DNA of 64,000 nucleotides from Escherichia coli (GTDB lineage Bacteria; Pseudomonadota; Gammaproteobacteria; Enterobacterales; Enterobacteriaceae): NCBI RefSeq assembly GCF_003018255.1, contig NZ_CP027440.1; one strand, 5' to 3'. Shown piece by piece: positions 10,188 to 19,940 of this stretch (position 1 is its first letter; each line of letters starts with the position of its first letter). The notes under the pieces were generated by a model. It saw only the letters and a program-made list of their open reading frames with translations, ran no database searches and was not told where the DNA came from. The position numbers and the translations under genes were made by a program.

Positions 10188-10949
10188 TTATTTATATTTA
10201 TGCAGAGATAAAGCCTGCGTCCCTGCATTTACCACCACGGAATACCTGTTGGTATTTCCGTTTTCACGCAATGTCATGGCATTCGTTGTTTCCAATGCAT
10301 TTCCATCACCGTGAAAATTATTGCTGCTCAGCAGCAGGGCTTCCCGCAATGACATGCTGTCCGGTATTCCCCAACGCTTTTTTAGCGACTGCTCGGCAAG
10401 CCATATCTGTCTTATCCCCGTTTTGAGAAACTGCGCACTGTATTCCCAGCTGTGTCCGGCAAGAAGCAACGACAACACCTTCTTTTGCTTTTCCGGGAAG
10501 CGTTCTGACATGACGATTGTCTTTGTGCGGTTATTCACCTCTTTCATAAAGACAGAGTAACTGTCCATAACTGGCAAAATTTCTGCATGTTTCAGCCCTG
10601 AAAACCCACCAGAGGCATTTGCAATACTGATGACACGCTCTACTGACATTCCTGGTTTCAGTAACCTCAGGTTTTTGAGAACGCCAGAAATACTCACATC
10701 TGGTGGCAGAAAAAAGGGTGCGACGCACAACACCACCACGAATGAGTGATCCCGATAAAATCGGAACCACATTTCAGCGCATTCGGCAGGTCGCCCTGCC
10801 GATATCACGACATTCTGTGGCCTGTGCCGCAATTTATTGCGTAACTCCTCTTCTGTTCTGATGCAGGTAACATTGCCGACAGAACCGGTTGATAGAGCTG
10901 CGAACTGCGCTGGTACAATTCCTGAGGGACAGAAAAGAACGAAACGCAT
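10188..10949 (-). CDS. putative regulator with divergent LuxR/FixJ-like C-terminal HTH
   Basis: 253-aa ORF ending 8 bp upstream of the autotransporter start (operon arrangement); C-terminal segment KVLSLLLAGHSWEYSAQFLKTGIRQIWLAEQSLKKRWGI loosely fits the LuxR HTH pattern. Confidence 0.55.
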   Translation of the reverse strand: MRFVLFCPSGIVPAQFAALSTGSVGNVTCIRTEEELRNKLRHRPQNVVISAGRPAECAEMWFRFYRDHSFVVVLCVAPFFLPPDVSISGVLKNLRLLKPGMSVERVISIANASGGFSGLKHAEILPVMDSYSVFMKEVNNRTKTIVMSERFPEKQKKVLSLLLAGHSWEYSAQFLKTGIRQIWLAEQSLKKRWGIPDSMSLREALLLSSNNFHGDGNALETTNAMTLRENGNTNRYSVVVNAGTQALSLHKYK

Positions 10950-11102
10950 CCTTCCCTCACAGATGTCAGTACGCCAGCACGCTGTACAGGCTGTACAGCG
11001 TGCCTCCCAATCCTGCAGCCCAGAGCAGTAGAAATATTTTGGCTCCTACACTGTAGCGAGTCCGTATGCGCCGCAGTGGGGGGTAGTAACAACGCTGCTG
11101 TG

Positions 11103-11897
11103 TCATAACAATCCTGGTCTTTTTTTAGACATATTTTTTCTTTGTCCGGAAAGTACTTTTCCGGATATGGCGTCAGAATTTATTGATTCACCAACGGCAA
11201 CTTTCTCTGGATAAAGAATTCCGGATACCATGTTCTGCACATACTGAGTGAGTCGATGAGCGGAATGTTGTCCGATATATTTTGCATGTAGCCGTATATT
11301 CCGTTTCACTCTGCTGTCACCGCATCCCGTATAGAGCAGCCTGAAATCGCTCAGTGTTCCCAGTCCAAGTTTCATTAAAGCCCGTGTGGCAATCGCATGC
11401 AGGGTCTTTGAACTGCGTTGTTCATAACGGGCAATCTCACTGAAACTCATGCCCTGCATCAGAATCTTAAGCACGCTCAACTCCCGTGCAGTCAGGAGCC
11501 AGAAATCGCTCATATCGCCGGGCAAAGGACGTAGTAACCAGCGGATAATTTGATTCTGATAACGACTCGCTGTCAGCATGGTGCCGATGCGTGGGAAGCC
11601 GTTATACAGACTTGCAGCAGGAGCATTATCGAACCAGTCGGAGTCAGCGGTCAGGCAGACCTGCCATTGCCCGGCATCACTCCGCAAGCGGACAAGACAA
11701 GCCAGAAGAACCAACTCTCCCGAAGGAAGCGATGGGATATCAGCTAACAGGTAGCCACAGGAGGTCTTTAAAACGAATTCAACCTCTGTAGTGACGTTGC
11801 TGTACACCCGCACGATATACCTGTCCGTTGGGATGAGAGACTCCAGTGCCAGCCTGGTGAACTGACAGGCACTGATAATAACCAGAGGCTTCTTCAT
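11103..11897 (-). CDS. LuxR-family transcriptional regulator (HyxR/IpuR-like)
   Basis: 264-aa ORF; clear LuxR-type HTH LTARELSVLKILMQGMSFSEIARYEQRSSKTLHAIATRALMKLG; start codon 44 bp from the candidate invertible element. Confidence 0.75.
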   Translation of the reverse strand: MKKPLVIISACQFTRLALESLIPTDRYIVRVYSNVTTEVEFVLKTSCGYLLADIPSLPSGELVLLACLVRLRSDAGQWQVCLTADSDWFDNAPAASLYNGFPRIGTMLTASRYQNQIIRWLLRPLPGDMSDFWLLTARELSVLKILMQGMSFSEIARYEQRSSKTLHAIATRALMKLGLGTLSDFRLLYTGCGDSRVKRNIRLHAKYIGQHSAHRLTQYVQNMVSGILYPEKVAVGESINSDAISGKVLSGQRKNMSKKRPGLL

Positions 11898-11923
11898 TCA
11901 GACTCGTCCACGCCATTGCTACA

Positions 11924-11956
11924 AAACCTGACATTTTGATTCAAAATGTCAGGTTT
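11924..11956. repeat. 33-bp perfect palindrome (16-bp arms, 1-bp spacer) at the left boundary of the candidate switch
   Basis: AAACCTGACATTTTGA T TCAAAATGTCAGGTTT read directly. Confidence 0.9.
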
Positions 11957-12210
11957 GGTTTAATTGCCTGAATATTTAATTTTCTTGGAATATAAATCTA
12001 ATTTGTTTGATTTTTATTGTTTTTAATTTTGTGTTATTTAACAGCGCGAGTGAAAACTGATCACTGGTATGACCTTTATGGTTAATCATTTCAAATCATG
12101 GGGTTATTTTACTTTAGCGAGAAATATCAACATGTTATGTGTTTTATTTAATTGAATGAGCTGTTTTTTTATGGAAGAATTGAGGCAAACGTAGGAATCT
12201 GACATTTTGA
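11941..12210. promoter_or_regulatory. candidate invertible DNA switch (phase-variation element) flanked by 12-bp inverted repeats
   Basis: TCAAAATGTCAG at 11941-11952 and its exact reverse complement CTGACATTTTGA at 12199-12210 bracket a ~246-bp AT-rich segment lying between a FimB/E-type recombinase gene and a LuxR regulator gene. Confidence 0.6.
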
Positions 12211-12226
12211 ATCAGAAGGTACTGTT

Positions 12227-12790
12227 TTAACGAGGCTTTTTTTTCCACACCCCTTTAAATCGAGCAGCATTACTGGCTGTGTATCTGACAGTATGCTGAA
12301 TATTTCGATGACCCAGATAATCCTGAAGTAGTCGGGTATCGACACCATTGTCAGCCAGAGCAAATCCACAGGCATGACGTAACATATGAGGATGTGCTTT
12401 TACAGCTAATCCTGCACGTCTTCCTGCCTCACGAATGATCGAAAAAAAATGTTGTCTGCTGATAGGGCGGCGTTTCCGGGAGAGAAAAAGCCAGTCTCCT
12501 TCAACTCCATTTTCAATTAACTTCCTCTGCTTAAGCCACAACTTGATCAAATTATATTCATCAGGAAGAAGAGGATGTGTTGTCGAGAAGCCATTTTTAA
12601 TACGCCGGATATTAAGTTGTTTTCCTGATGCATCAATATCGGATAAACGTAAATCAAGAAGTTCACTGGCCCTAAAACCGTGAATGAAAGCCATCATAAT
12701 TAGACAGCGATTTCTTTCAGGAAAGGACATGCTCTGGGCTGCATCCATCAGCCTGTAGACTTCATCCTGTGTGAGATATTTTCTCGTCAT
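12227..12790 (-). CDS. FimB/FimE-family site-specific tyrosine recombinase (IpuA/FimX-like)
   Basis: ORF 12227..12847; start chosen at ATG 12790 by alignment to the FimB/FimE N-terminus, longer ORF start not excluded; conserved C-terminal catalytic region HPHMLRHACGFALADNGVDTRLLQDYLGHRNIQHTVRYT (R..H-x-x-R..Y). Confidence 0.8.
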   Translation of the reverse strand: MTRKYLTQDEVYRLMDAAQSMSFPERNRCLIMMAFIHGFRASELLDLRLSDIDASGKQLNIRRIKNGFSTTHPLLPDEYNLIKLWLKQRKLIENGVEGDWLFLSRKRRPISRQHFFSIIREAGRRAGLAVKAHPHMLRHACGFALADNGVDTRLLQDYLGHRNIQHTVRYTASNAARFKGVWKKKPR

Positions 12791-12943
12791 ACGCCACCGT
12801 GTACAGTTGTAAAAAAAAGAGGCACACCCAGATAAGTGTGCCTGCAATCAGAACGTTATCGATGTAATTTCATTATCTCATTAATAAGATTTTTTGAATA
12901 GTAGTTCTACGCAATAGATTAAATATGAAATATTTATTGTGCG

Positions 12944-12984
12944 GTTTTTCTACAACTCATTTTTAATGCGCGATTTTTTCTACA
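12944..12984. repeat. direct repeat TTTTTCTACAA x2 (30-bp spacing) upstream of the recombinase gene
   Basis: Copies at 12944-12954 and 12974-12984 within a 1.1-kb ORF-free AT-rich region. Confidence 0.4.
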
Positions 12985-13952
12985 ATGATGTGAAACAAAA
13001 AATATTAAAACCCTGAGTCAAGGAGCGGGGGTGAATGTGTATTACGTCTAATGTTTTAGTGATGTTCAATAGTCTTGATTTATTTAATGTTATTTTTACG
13101 TAAAATAACTTTTTCTGCATATATTATTGATTTTATTTGTTTTTTATGCGTTGCAAAGTAAGGGTGCAGAAAAGAAAAGATCTTTGACGTTAATAGTACT
13201 AATTTACAAATATATCTTATCATAAGATTTTCTTTACTTTTTGGTTGTGAGGAAATCATCGTTCATGGACGCTACCAATAAATTAGAGATGTTCTCTTGA
13301 ATAATTTTTTCTGATTGCAAATCTCAGTTTGTTTGGTTTTTGTTCATTTGTTTAAGTGTATTCCAACACTTTTAATTTTTTGCAAAAACGTACTAACAAT
13401 TTTTTCTTATCAATTGATAATAAATAAAAAATAAAATGTTAGAGAAGCGATAATCTTGTGATAAAAAATATTTAATCATGATGACTGATTAAAGAAGGGT
13501 AAAAATAAATCGCTGCTAATAAATTATACGAACCGTGTTTAAAGCTCCACGTAGTTTTTGGGTCTGACTTATTTTTATACTCGCCACAAGTCCCCTTTTC
13601 GTGCATGATAACCGAATAAATTGACTTTTTTAGCGTAGACCTGATATTACTCCACGCTTTGGGATAAATACGCCCGGCTTACGCAGTTGATCGCTGACCA
13701 CTGCTAACCGGGAGTGGGAAAGAACAAGTAACCCTAGCCAGGAGCACTGGTTGCGTGATTCTTAAGCTGAGTGGCATTACACTTGTGGTTTATCAGCGTA
13801 TCCATAGCACCATCATCCGCCAGATTGAGCGAATCGGCTTAAAGTTTGATGGCGGGACTGCGGATATGAAGCATGAGAGTTACCTCAGTGTTTTATATAA
13901 GGATTCGGTCCTCATAGTAGAACGGTAACTCTCAATCTGATAGGTTCCTGAG

Positions 13953-15641
13953 TTAGTTCACATCACGACTCATTTTTTTCGCTCTCACCGGCATCCCATT
14001 TGCCACAAAATATCTTGCCGTGCTCCTCGGCAACGCTTCTTGCCCGCGAATCATATCCGCCATTTTCTCGCCAATCATAATCGTCGTAGCGTTCAAATTG
14101 CCGGTGATAATTTGCGGCATAATTGACGCATCCACCACGCGCAGGCCTTCCAGCCCGTGTACGCGGCCTTCGGCGTCAACCACTGCCATCTCGTCATAAC
14201 CCATTTTGCAGGTACCGCACGGATGAAACGCGGTTTCGGCGTGGTTACGCACGAACTCATCGAGCTGCTCATCCGTCTGACATTCCGCGCCGGGGCTGAT
14301 TTCGCGGCCACGATACTGATCCAGCGCCGGTTGATGCATGATCTCCCGGGTGATGCGAATTGCGTCGCGGAACTCCTGCCAGTCCTGCTCGTGCGACATG
14401 TAGTTAAACAGAATCGCCGGATGCTGGTGCGGGTCGCGGGATTTAATCCGCACATGCCCACGGCTTGGCGAGCGCATCGATCCGACGTGGCACTGGAAGC
14501 CGTGCTCTTTCACTGCGTTCGAGCCGTTATAGTTAATCGCCACTGGCAGGAAATGGTACTGAATATTCGGCCACGCAAATTCCTCACGGCTGCGAATAAA
14601 TCCGCCTGCTTCAAAGTGGTTGCTGGCACCAACGCCGGTGCCGCCAAACAGCCACTCCGCACCGATTTTCGGCTGATTCCACCACTGCAGGGCAGGGTAG
14701 AGGGAAACCGGTTCTTTGCACTCATATTGCAGATACATCTCCAGGTGATCCTGAAGATTTTCGCCGACGCCGGGTAAATCATGCACCAGCGGAATATCAA
14801 ACTCCGCCAGCAGTTCAGCGTTGCCGACGCCGGAGCGTTGCAGGATCTGCGGTGAAGCAATCGCGCCTGCACATAACAGCACTTCTTTATTCGCCGCCGC
14901 GCGGGTCGGAATGGTGCTGTCGCCTTCCAGCCACTCGACGCCCACCGCGCGTTTGCCGTCAAAAATGATGTGATCGGTCATGGCGTGAGTACGAATGGTC
15001 AGGTTAGGGCGCGATTTGGCCTGATCGAGATAGCCACGCGCGGTGCTGGCGCGACGGCCCTGCGGCGTGACGGTGCGATCCATCGGGCCAAAACCTTCCT
15101 GCTGATAGCCGTTGAGATCGTCCGTGCGCGGGTAGCCCGCCTGCACGCCCGCTTCAATCATCGCTTCAAACAGCGGATTGACGCCGGGTTTGGAGGTGGT
15201 GACGCTCACCGGGCCATCACCGCCGTGGTAGTCGTTCTCGCCCACATCGCGAGTCTCGGCCTTGCGATAGTAGGGCAGACAGTCGAGGTAGCTCCAGTTC
15301 TCCAGACCGGGTTCTTTCGCCCAGTTATCGAGATCCAGCGCGTTACCACGGATGTAACACATGCCGTTGATCAGTGATGACCCGCCAAGCCCCTTACCGC
15401 GTCCGCACTCCATGCGACGGTTGTTCATAAACGGTTCCGGTTCCGTCTCATAGGCCCAGTTATAGCGTTTACCCTGTAACGGGAACGCCAGCGCGGCGGG
15501 CATCTGGGTGCGGAAGTCAAAGCGATAGTCCGGGCCGCCTGCTTCAAGCAGCAGCACGGTTGTGTTCGGATCTTCAGTCAGACGGGTAGCGAGAACGTTG
15601 CCAGCTGAGCCGGCACCAATAATGATGTAGTCAAATTGCAA
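13953..15641 (-). CDS. betA: choline dehydrogenase (GMC oxidoreductase)
   Basis: ORF 13953..15686; start assigned to TTG at 15641 ([17 protein letters not shown] motif at N-terminus) preceded by AGGAGG; ATG/alternative upstream start not excluded. Confidence 0.85.
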   Translation of the reverse strand: MQFDYIIIGAGSAGNVLATRLTEDPNTTVLLLEAGGPDYRFDFRTQMPAALAFPLQGKRYNWAYETEPEPFMNNRRMECGRGKGLGGSSLINGMCYIRGNALDLDNWAKEPGLENWSYLDCLPYYRKAETRDVGENDYHGGDGPVSVTTSKPGVNPLFEAMIEAGVQAGYPRTDDLNGYQQEGFGPMDRTVTPQGRRASTARGYLDQAKSRPNLTIRTHAMTDHIIFDGKRAVGVEWLEGDSTIPTRAAANKEVLLCAGAIASPQILQRSGVGNAELLAEFDIPLVHDLPGVGENLQDHLEMYLQYECKEPVSLYPALQWWNQPKIGAEWLFGGTGVGASNHFEAGGFIRSREEFAWPNIQYHFLPVAINYNGSNAVKEHGFQCHVGSMRSPSRGHVRIKSRDPHQHPAILFNYMSHEQDWQEFRDAIRITREIMHQPALDQYRGREISPGAECQTDEQLDEFVRNHAETAFHPCGTCKMGYDEMAVVDAEGRVHGLEGLRVVDASIMPQIITGNLNATTIMIGEKMADMIRGQEALPRSTARYFVANGMPVRAKKMSRDVN

Positions 15642-15654
15642 ATAAACCTCCTGG

Positions 15655-17127
15655 TTAGAATATGGACTGGAATTTAGCCATCTCAACCTGGATGGACTTC
15701 ACCTGGGTGTAACTCTGGAGCGTCATCACGCCGTTCTCGCGACCAATGCCGGAGTGTTTGTAGCCGCCAACGGGCATCTCTGCAGGGGATTCGCCCCAGG
15801 TGTTGATCCAGCAAATACCCGCTTCCAGCTGATGAATGACGCGATGCGCGCGGTTCAGGTCCGCCGTCACGATGCCCGCCGCCAGGCCGTAGTCGGTATC
15901 ATTGGCGCGGCGAATCACTTCGTCCTCAGATTCATAAGTGAGAAGCGACATCACCGGACCGAAGATCTCTTCGCGCACGATGGTCATTTCGTCGCGGCAA
16001 TCGGTGAACACGGTCGGTGCAACCCATGCGCCGTTATCGAAGCCATCGCCTTTCAGTACATCGCCGCCGCACAGTACGCGCGCGCCTTCCTCTTTGCCTT
16101 TGGCGATGTAACGCAGCACGTTATCGCGATGCGGGAAGCTGACCAGCGGGCCAAAGTTAGTTTGCGGATCGAAAACGTCGCCCGCGCGAATGCGCTCAAC
16201 GCGAGCCAGAATCTTTTGTTCAAATGCGGCTTTGCATTTCGCCGGAATAAACACGCGGGTGCCGTTGGTACACACCTGACCGGAGCTGAAGAAGTTCGCC
16301 ATCATGGCGATATCAGCGGCGAGATCGAGATCCGCATCGTCGAAAACGATCTGCGGTGATTTACCGCCCAGCTCCATGGTCACTTCTTTCAGGGAGGAAG
16401 CCGCCGAGTTAGCCATCACTTTTTTGCCGCTGGCGACACCGCCGGTAAATGACACTTTGGCAATGCCCGGATGCTCGGTCAGATACTGCCCGGTTTCCGC
16501 ACCTACGCCCGGCAGCACGTTAAATACGCCGTCCGGCAGGCCCGCTTCGCTGTAAATTTCGGCCAGCTTTAACGCGGTAAGCGGGGTGACTTCGCTCGGT
16601 TTGAAAATCATCGCGTTGCCTGCCGCCAGCGCCGGGGCGGATTTCCACAAGGCAATCTGGATCGGGTAGTTCCATGCGCCAATCCCTGCCACTACGCCCA
16701 GCGGTTCGCGGCGGGTATAAACAAATGACGTCTCACGCAATGGGATCTGGCTGCCTTCCAGCGACGGGATCAGCCCGGCGTAGTACTCCAGCACGTCCGC
16801 ACCGGTAACGATATCGACGGTTGAGGTTTCCGAATACGCTTTTCCGGTGTCGAGGGTTTCCAGTTTTGCGAGTTCGTCATTGCGTTCACGCAGAATATCA
16901 ACGGCCCGACGCAGAATACGCGAGCGCTCCATAGCGGTCATCGCCGCCCAGATTTTTTGCCCTTGTTGGGCACTCTTCACGGCGCGATCGACATCCTCAC
17001 GCCCGGCGGCCTGCACGGTCGCCAGCACGTTACCGTTGGCCGGGTTAATGGTCTCGAAGGTGCGACCGCTGGTGGCGGAGGTATAACCACCATGTATATA
17101 AAGCTGCTGTTCTGCCATTCGGGACAT
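15655..17127 (-). CDS. betB: betaine aldehyde dehydrogenase
   Basis: 490 aa from [14 protein letters not shown]; aldehyde dehydrogenase motifs (catalytic Cys in GQVCTNG); 13-nt gap to betA. Confidence 0.9.
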   Translation of the reverse strand: MSRMAEQQLYIHGGYTSATSGRTFETINPANGNVLATVQAAGREDVDRAVKSAQQGQKIWAAMTAMERSRILRRAVDILRERNDELAKLETLDTGKAYSETSTVDIVTGADVLEYYAGLIPSLEGSQIPLRETSFVYTRREPLGVVAGIGAWNYPIQIALWKSAPALAAGNAMIFKPSEVTPLTALKLAEIYSEAGLPDGVFNVLPGVGAETGQYLTEHPGIAKVSFTGGVASGKKVMANSAASSLKEVTMELGGKSPQIVFDDADLDLAADIAMMANFFSSGQVCTNGTRVFIPAKCKAAFEQKILARVERIRAGDVFDPQTNFGPLVSFPHRDNVLRYIAKGKEEGARVLCGGDVLKGDGFDNGAWVAPTVFTDCRDEMTIVREEIFGPVMSLLTYESEDEVIRRANDTDYGLAAGIVTADLNRAHRVIHQLEAGICWINTWGESPAEMPVGGYKHSGIGRENGVMTLQSYTQVKSIQVEMAKFQSIF

Positions 17128-17140
17128 CACGTTTCCTCGG

Positions 17141-17728
17141 TTAATCGGTGGGTAAATGCTGAGTAATAAAGTGACGGGTCAGCGAGTGTGCGAGAGGTTT
17201 ATCCAGCGCTTTGCCGCTCAGTGCCGCGCGCAGCCATAATCCGTCAATCAGCGCGGCAAGGCCGTAGCCCGCTTCCTGTGCCTGTTGGCGCGGTAACTCG
17301 CGGCGAAATTCGCTCACCAGATTCGACAATAAGCGGCGGCTACTGACCTGCTGCAAGCGATAGAGCATCGGCTGATGCATACTGCTGGCCCAGAAGGCCA
17401 GCCAGGCTTTCATCGCCGCACTGCTCACCTGGGTTTCATCGAAGTTTCCACCAACAATCGCCTGTAATCGCAGCTCTGCACTGCCCTGCGGAAGTGCATG
17501 TAATCGATTCAAAACCGCGTCACGCAGCTGACTGGTGATATCGCGCATGGTTGCTTCCAGCAGACCATTTTTGTCCCTGAAATAGTGGCTGATGATCCCC
17601 GTAGAAACGCCTGCACGGCGGGCGATCTGCGCGATCGTTGCATCGTGCATGCCCACTTCATTTATTGCTTCCAGCGTGGCGTCGATCAGTTGTCTGCGCC
17701 GGATCGACTGCATCCCCAATTTGGGCAT
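17141..17728 (-). CDS. betI: TetR-family choline-responsive repressor
   Basis: ORF 17141..17746; start at [14 protein letters not shown], 195 aa; N-terminal TetR HTH. Confidence 0.9.
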   Translation of the reverse strand: MPKLGMQSIRRRQLIDATLEAINEVGMHDATIAQIARRAGVSTGIISHYFRDKNGLLEATMRDITSQLRDAVLNRLHALPQGSAELRLQAIVGGNFDETQVSSAAMKAWLAFWASSMHQPMLYRLQQVSSRRLLSNLVSEFRRELPRQQAQEAGYGLAALIDGLWLRAALSGKALDKPLAHSLTRHFITQHLPTD

Positions 17729-17772
17729 TTTCGCCACTCCATTCATCAGCGTTGTTTATCTATTAAAGCGGT

Positions 17773-17792
17773 TATTGATTGGACGTTCAATA
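17773..17792. promoter_or_regulatory. dyad-symmetric element in betI-betT divergent promoter region (candidate BetI operator)
   Basis: TATTGA-N8-TCAATA palindrome in the 128-bp intergenic region. Confidence 0.45.
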
Positions 17793-17856
17793 TAAAATGT
17801 GTCTTAATTGTTACGAATTTGATTTTAAATGGTAACAATAACAGTGGGGATACTGG

Positions 17857-19890
17857 ATGACAGACCTTTCACACAGCAGGGAAAAGGACAAAATCAATCC
17901 GGTGGTGTTTTACACTTCCGCCGGACTGATTTTGTTGTTTTCCCTGACAACGATCCTGTTTCGCGACTTCTCGGCCCTGTGGATTGGCCGCACGCTGGAC
18001 TGGGTTTCTAAAACCTTCGGTTGGTACTATCTGCTGGCGGCAACGCTCTATATTGTCTTTGTGGTCTGTATTGCTTGTTCGCGTTTTGGTTCGGTGAAGC
18101 TCGGGCCAGAACAATCCAAACCGGAATTCAGCCTGCTGAGCTGGGCGGCGATGCTGTTTGCTGCCGGGATCGGTATCGACCTGATGTTCTTCTCCGTAGC
18201 CGAACCGGTAACGCAGTATATGCAGCCGCCGGAAGGCGCGGGTCAGACGATTGAGGCCGCGCGTCAGGCGATGGTCTGGACGCTGTTTCACTACGGCTTA
18301 ACCGGCTGGTCGATGTATGCGCTGATGGGCATGGCGCTCGGATACTTTAGCTATCGTTATAATTTGCCGCTCACCATCCGCTCGGCGCTGTACCCGATCT
18401 TCGGTAAACGGATTAACGGGCCGATTGGTCATTCAGTGGATATTGCAGCGGTAATCGGCACCATCTTCGGTATTGCCACTACGCTCGGTATCGGTGTGGT
18501 GCAGCTTAACTATGGCTTGAGCGTACTGTTTGATATTCCCGATTCAATGGCGGCGAAAGCGGCACTGATCGCCTTGTCGGTGATCATCGCCACTATCTCG
18601 GTGACATCCGGTGTTGATAAGGGCATTCGCGTGTTATCGGAACTCAACGTTGCGCTGGCGCTGGGATTGATCCTGTTCGTGTTGTTTATGGGCGACACCT
18701 CGTTCCTGCTTAATGCACTGGTGCTGAATGTTGGCGACTATGTGAATCGCTTTATGGGCATGACGCTCAACAGTTTTGCCTTCGACCGTCCGGTTGAGTG
18801 GATGAATAACTGGACGCTCTTCTTCTGGGCATGGTGGGTGGCATGGTCGCCGTTTGTCGGCTTGTTCCTGGCGCGTATCTCGCGTGGGCGTACCATTCGC
18901 CAGTTCGTGCTGGGCACGTTGATTATTCCGTTTACCTTCACGCTGTTATGGCTCTCGGTATTCGGCAATAGCGCGCTGTATGAAATCATCCACGGCGGCG
19001 CGGCATTTGCCGAGGAAGCGATGGTCCATCCGGAGCGCGGCTTCTACAGCCTGCTGGCGCAATATCCGGCGTTTACCTTTAGCGCCTCCGTCGCCACCAT
19101 TACTGGCCTGCTGTTTTATGTGACCTCGGCGGACTCCGGTGCGCTGGTGCTGGGGAATTTCACCTCGCAGCTTAAAGATATCAACAGCGACGCCCCCGGC
19201 TGGCTGCGCGTCTTCTGGTCGGTGGCGATTGGCCTGCTGACGCTCGGCATGCTGATGACCAACGGGATATCCGCGCTGCAAAACACCACGGTAATCATGG
19301 GGCTGCCGTTCAGCTTTGTGATTTTCTTCGTGATGGCGGGGTTGTATAAATCTCTGAAGGTAGAAGATTACCGCCGTGAAAGTGCGAACCGCGATACCGC
19401 GCCGCGACCGCTGGGGCTTCAGGATCGCCTGAGCTGGAAAAAACGTCTCTCGCGCCTGATGAATTATCCGGGCACGCGTTACACTAAACAGATGATGGAG
19501 ACGGTCTGTTACCCGGCAATGGAAGAAGTGGCGCAGGAGCTGCGGTTGCGCGGCGCATACGTGGAGCTAAAAAGCCTGCCGCCGGAAGAGGGACAACAGT
19601 TGGGGCATCTGGATTTGTTGGTGCATATGGGCGAAGAACAAAACTTTGTCTATCAGATTTGGCCGCAGCAATATTCGGTGCCGGGCTTTACCTACCGCGC
19701 ACGTAGCGGTAAATCGACCTACTACCGGCTGGAAACCTTCCTGTTAGAAGGCAGCCAGGGCAACGACCTGATGGACTACAGCAAAGAGCAGGTGATCACC
19801 GATATTCTTGACCAGTACGAGCGGCACCTTAACTTTATTCATCTCCATCGTGAAGCGCCGGGCCATAGCGTGATGTTCCCGGACGCGTGA
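17857..19890 (+). CDS. betT: BCCT-family high-affinity choline transporter
   Basis: 677-aa polytopic membrane protein with long cytoplasmic C-terminal tail; divergent from betI. Confidence 0.9.
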   Translation: MTDLSHSREKDKINPVVFYTSAGLILLFSLTTILFRDFSALWIGRTLDWVSKTFGWYYLLAATLYIVFVVCIACSRFGSVKLGPEQSKPEFSLLSWAAMLFAAGIGIDLMFFSVAEPVTQYMQPPEGAGQTIEAARQAMVWTLFHYGLTGWSMYALMGMALGYFSYRYNLPLTIRSALYPIFGKRINGPIGHSVDIAAVIGTIFGIATTLGIGVVQLNYGLSVLFDIPDSMAAKAALIALSVIIATISVTSGVDKGIRVLSELNVALALGLILFVLFMGDTSFLLNALVLNVGDYVNRFMGMTLNSFAFDRPVEWMNNWTLFFWAWWVAWSPFVGLFLARISRGRTIRQFVLGTLIIPFTFTLLWLSVFGNSALYEIIHGGAAFAEEAMVHPERGFYSLLAQYPAFTFSASVATITGLLFYVTSADSGALVLGNFTSQLKDINSDAPGWLRVFWSVAIGLLTLGMLMTNGISALQNTTVIMGLPFSFVIFFVMAGLYKSLKVEDYRRESANRDTAPRPLGLQDRLSWKKRLSRLMNYPGTRYTKQMMETVCYPAMEEVAQELRLRGAYVELKSLPPEEGQQLGHLDLLVHMGEEQNFVYQIWPQQYSVPGFTYRARSGKSTYYRLETFLLEGSQGNDLMDYSKEQVITDILDQYERHLNFIHLHREAPGHSVMFPDA

Positions 19891-19903
19891 TTGTTATTGC
19901 ATA

Positions 19904-19940
19904 AAACCGCGCCATGTATGCATATGGCGCGGTTTCTCTT
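19904..19940 (+). terminator. Rho-independent terminator of betT
   Basis: AAACCGCGCCAT-GTATGC-ATGGCGCGGTTT followed by CTCTT, 14 bp after the betT stop. Confidence 0.65.

Noticed and set aside
10805-11092. 95-aa minus-strand ORF in the gap between the two LuxR-type genes
   Set aside because: Overlaps the start of the 253-aa gene in another frame, has no recognisable motif or RBS; more likely the promoter/leader region of the downstream gene.
13698-13928. Short open frame (~57 codons from GTG 13755) in the GC-normal stretch before betA
   Set aside because: Below the length threshold, no ATG or RBS, no recognisable motif; treated as intergenic sequence.
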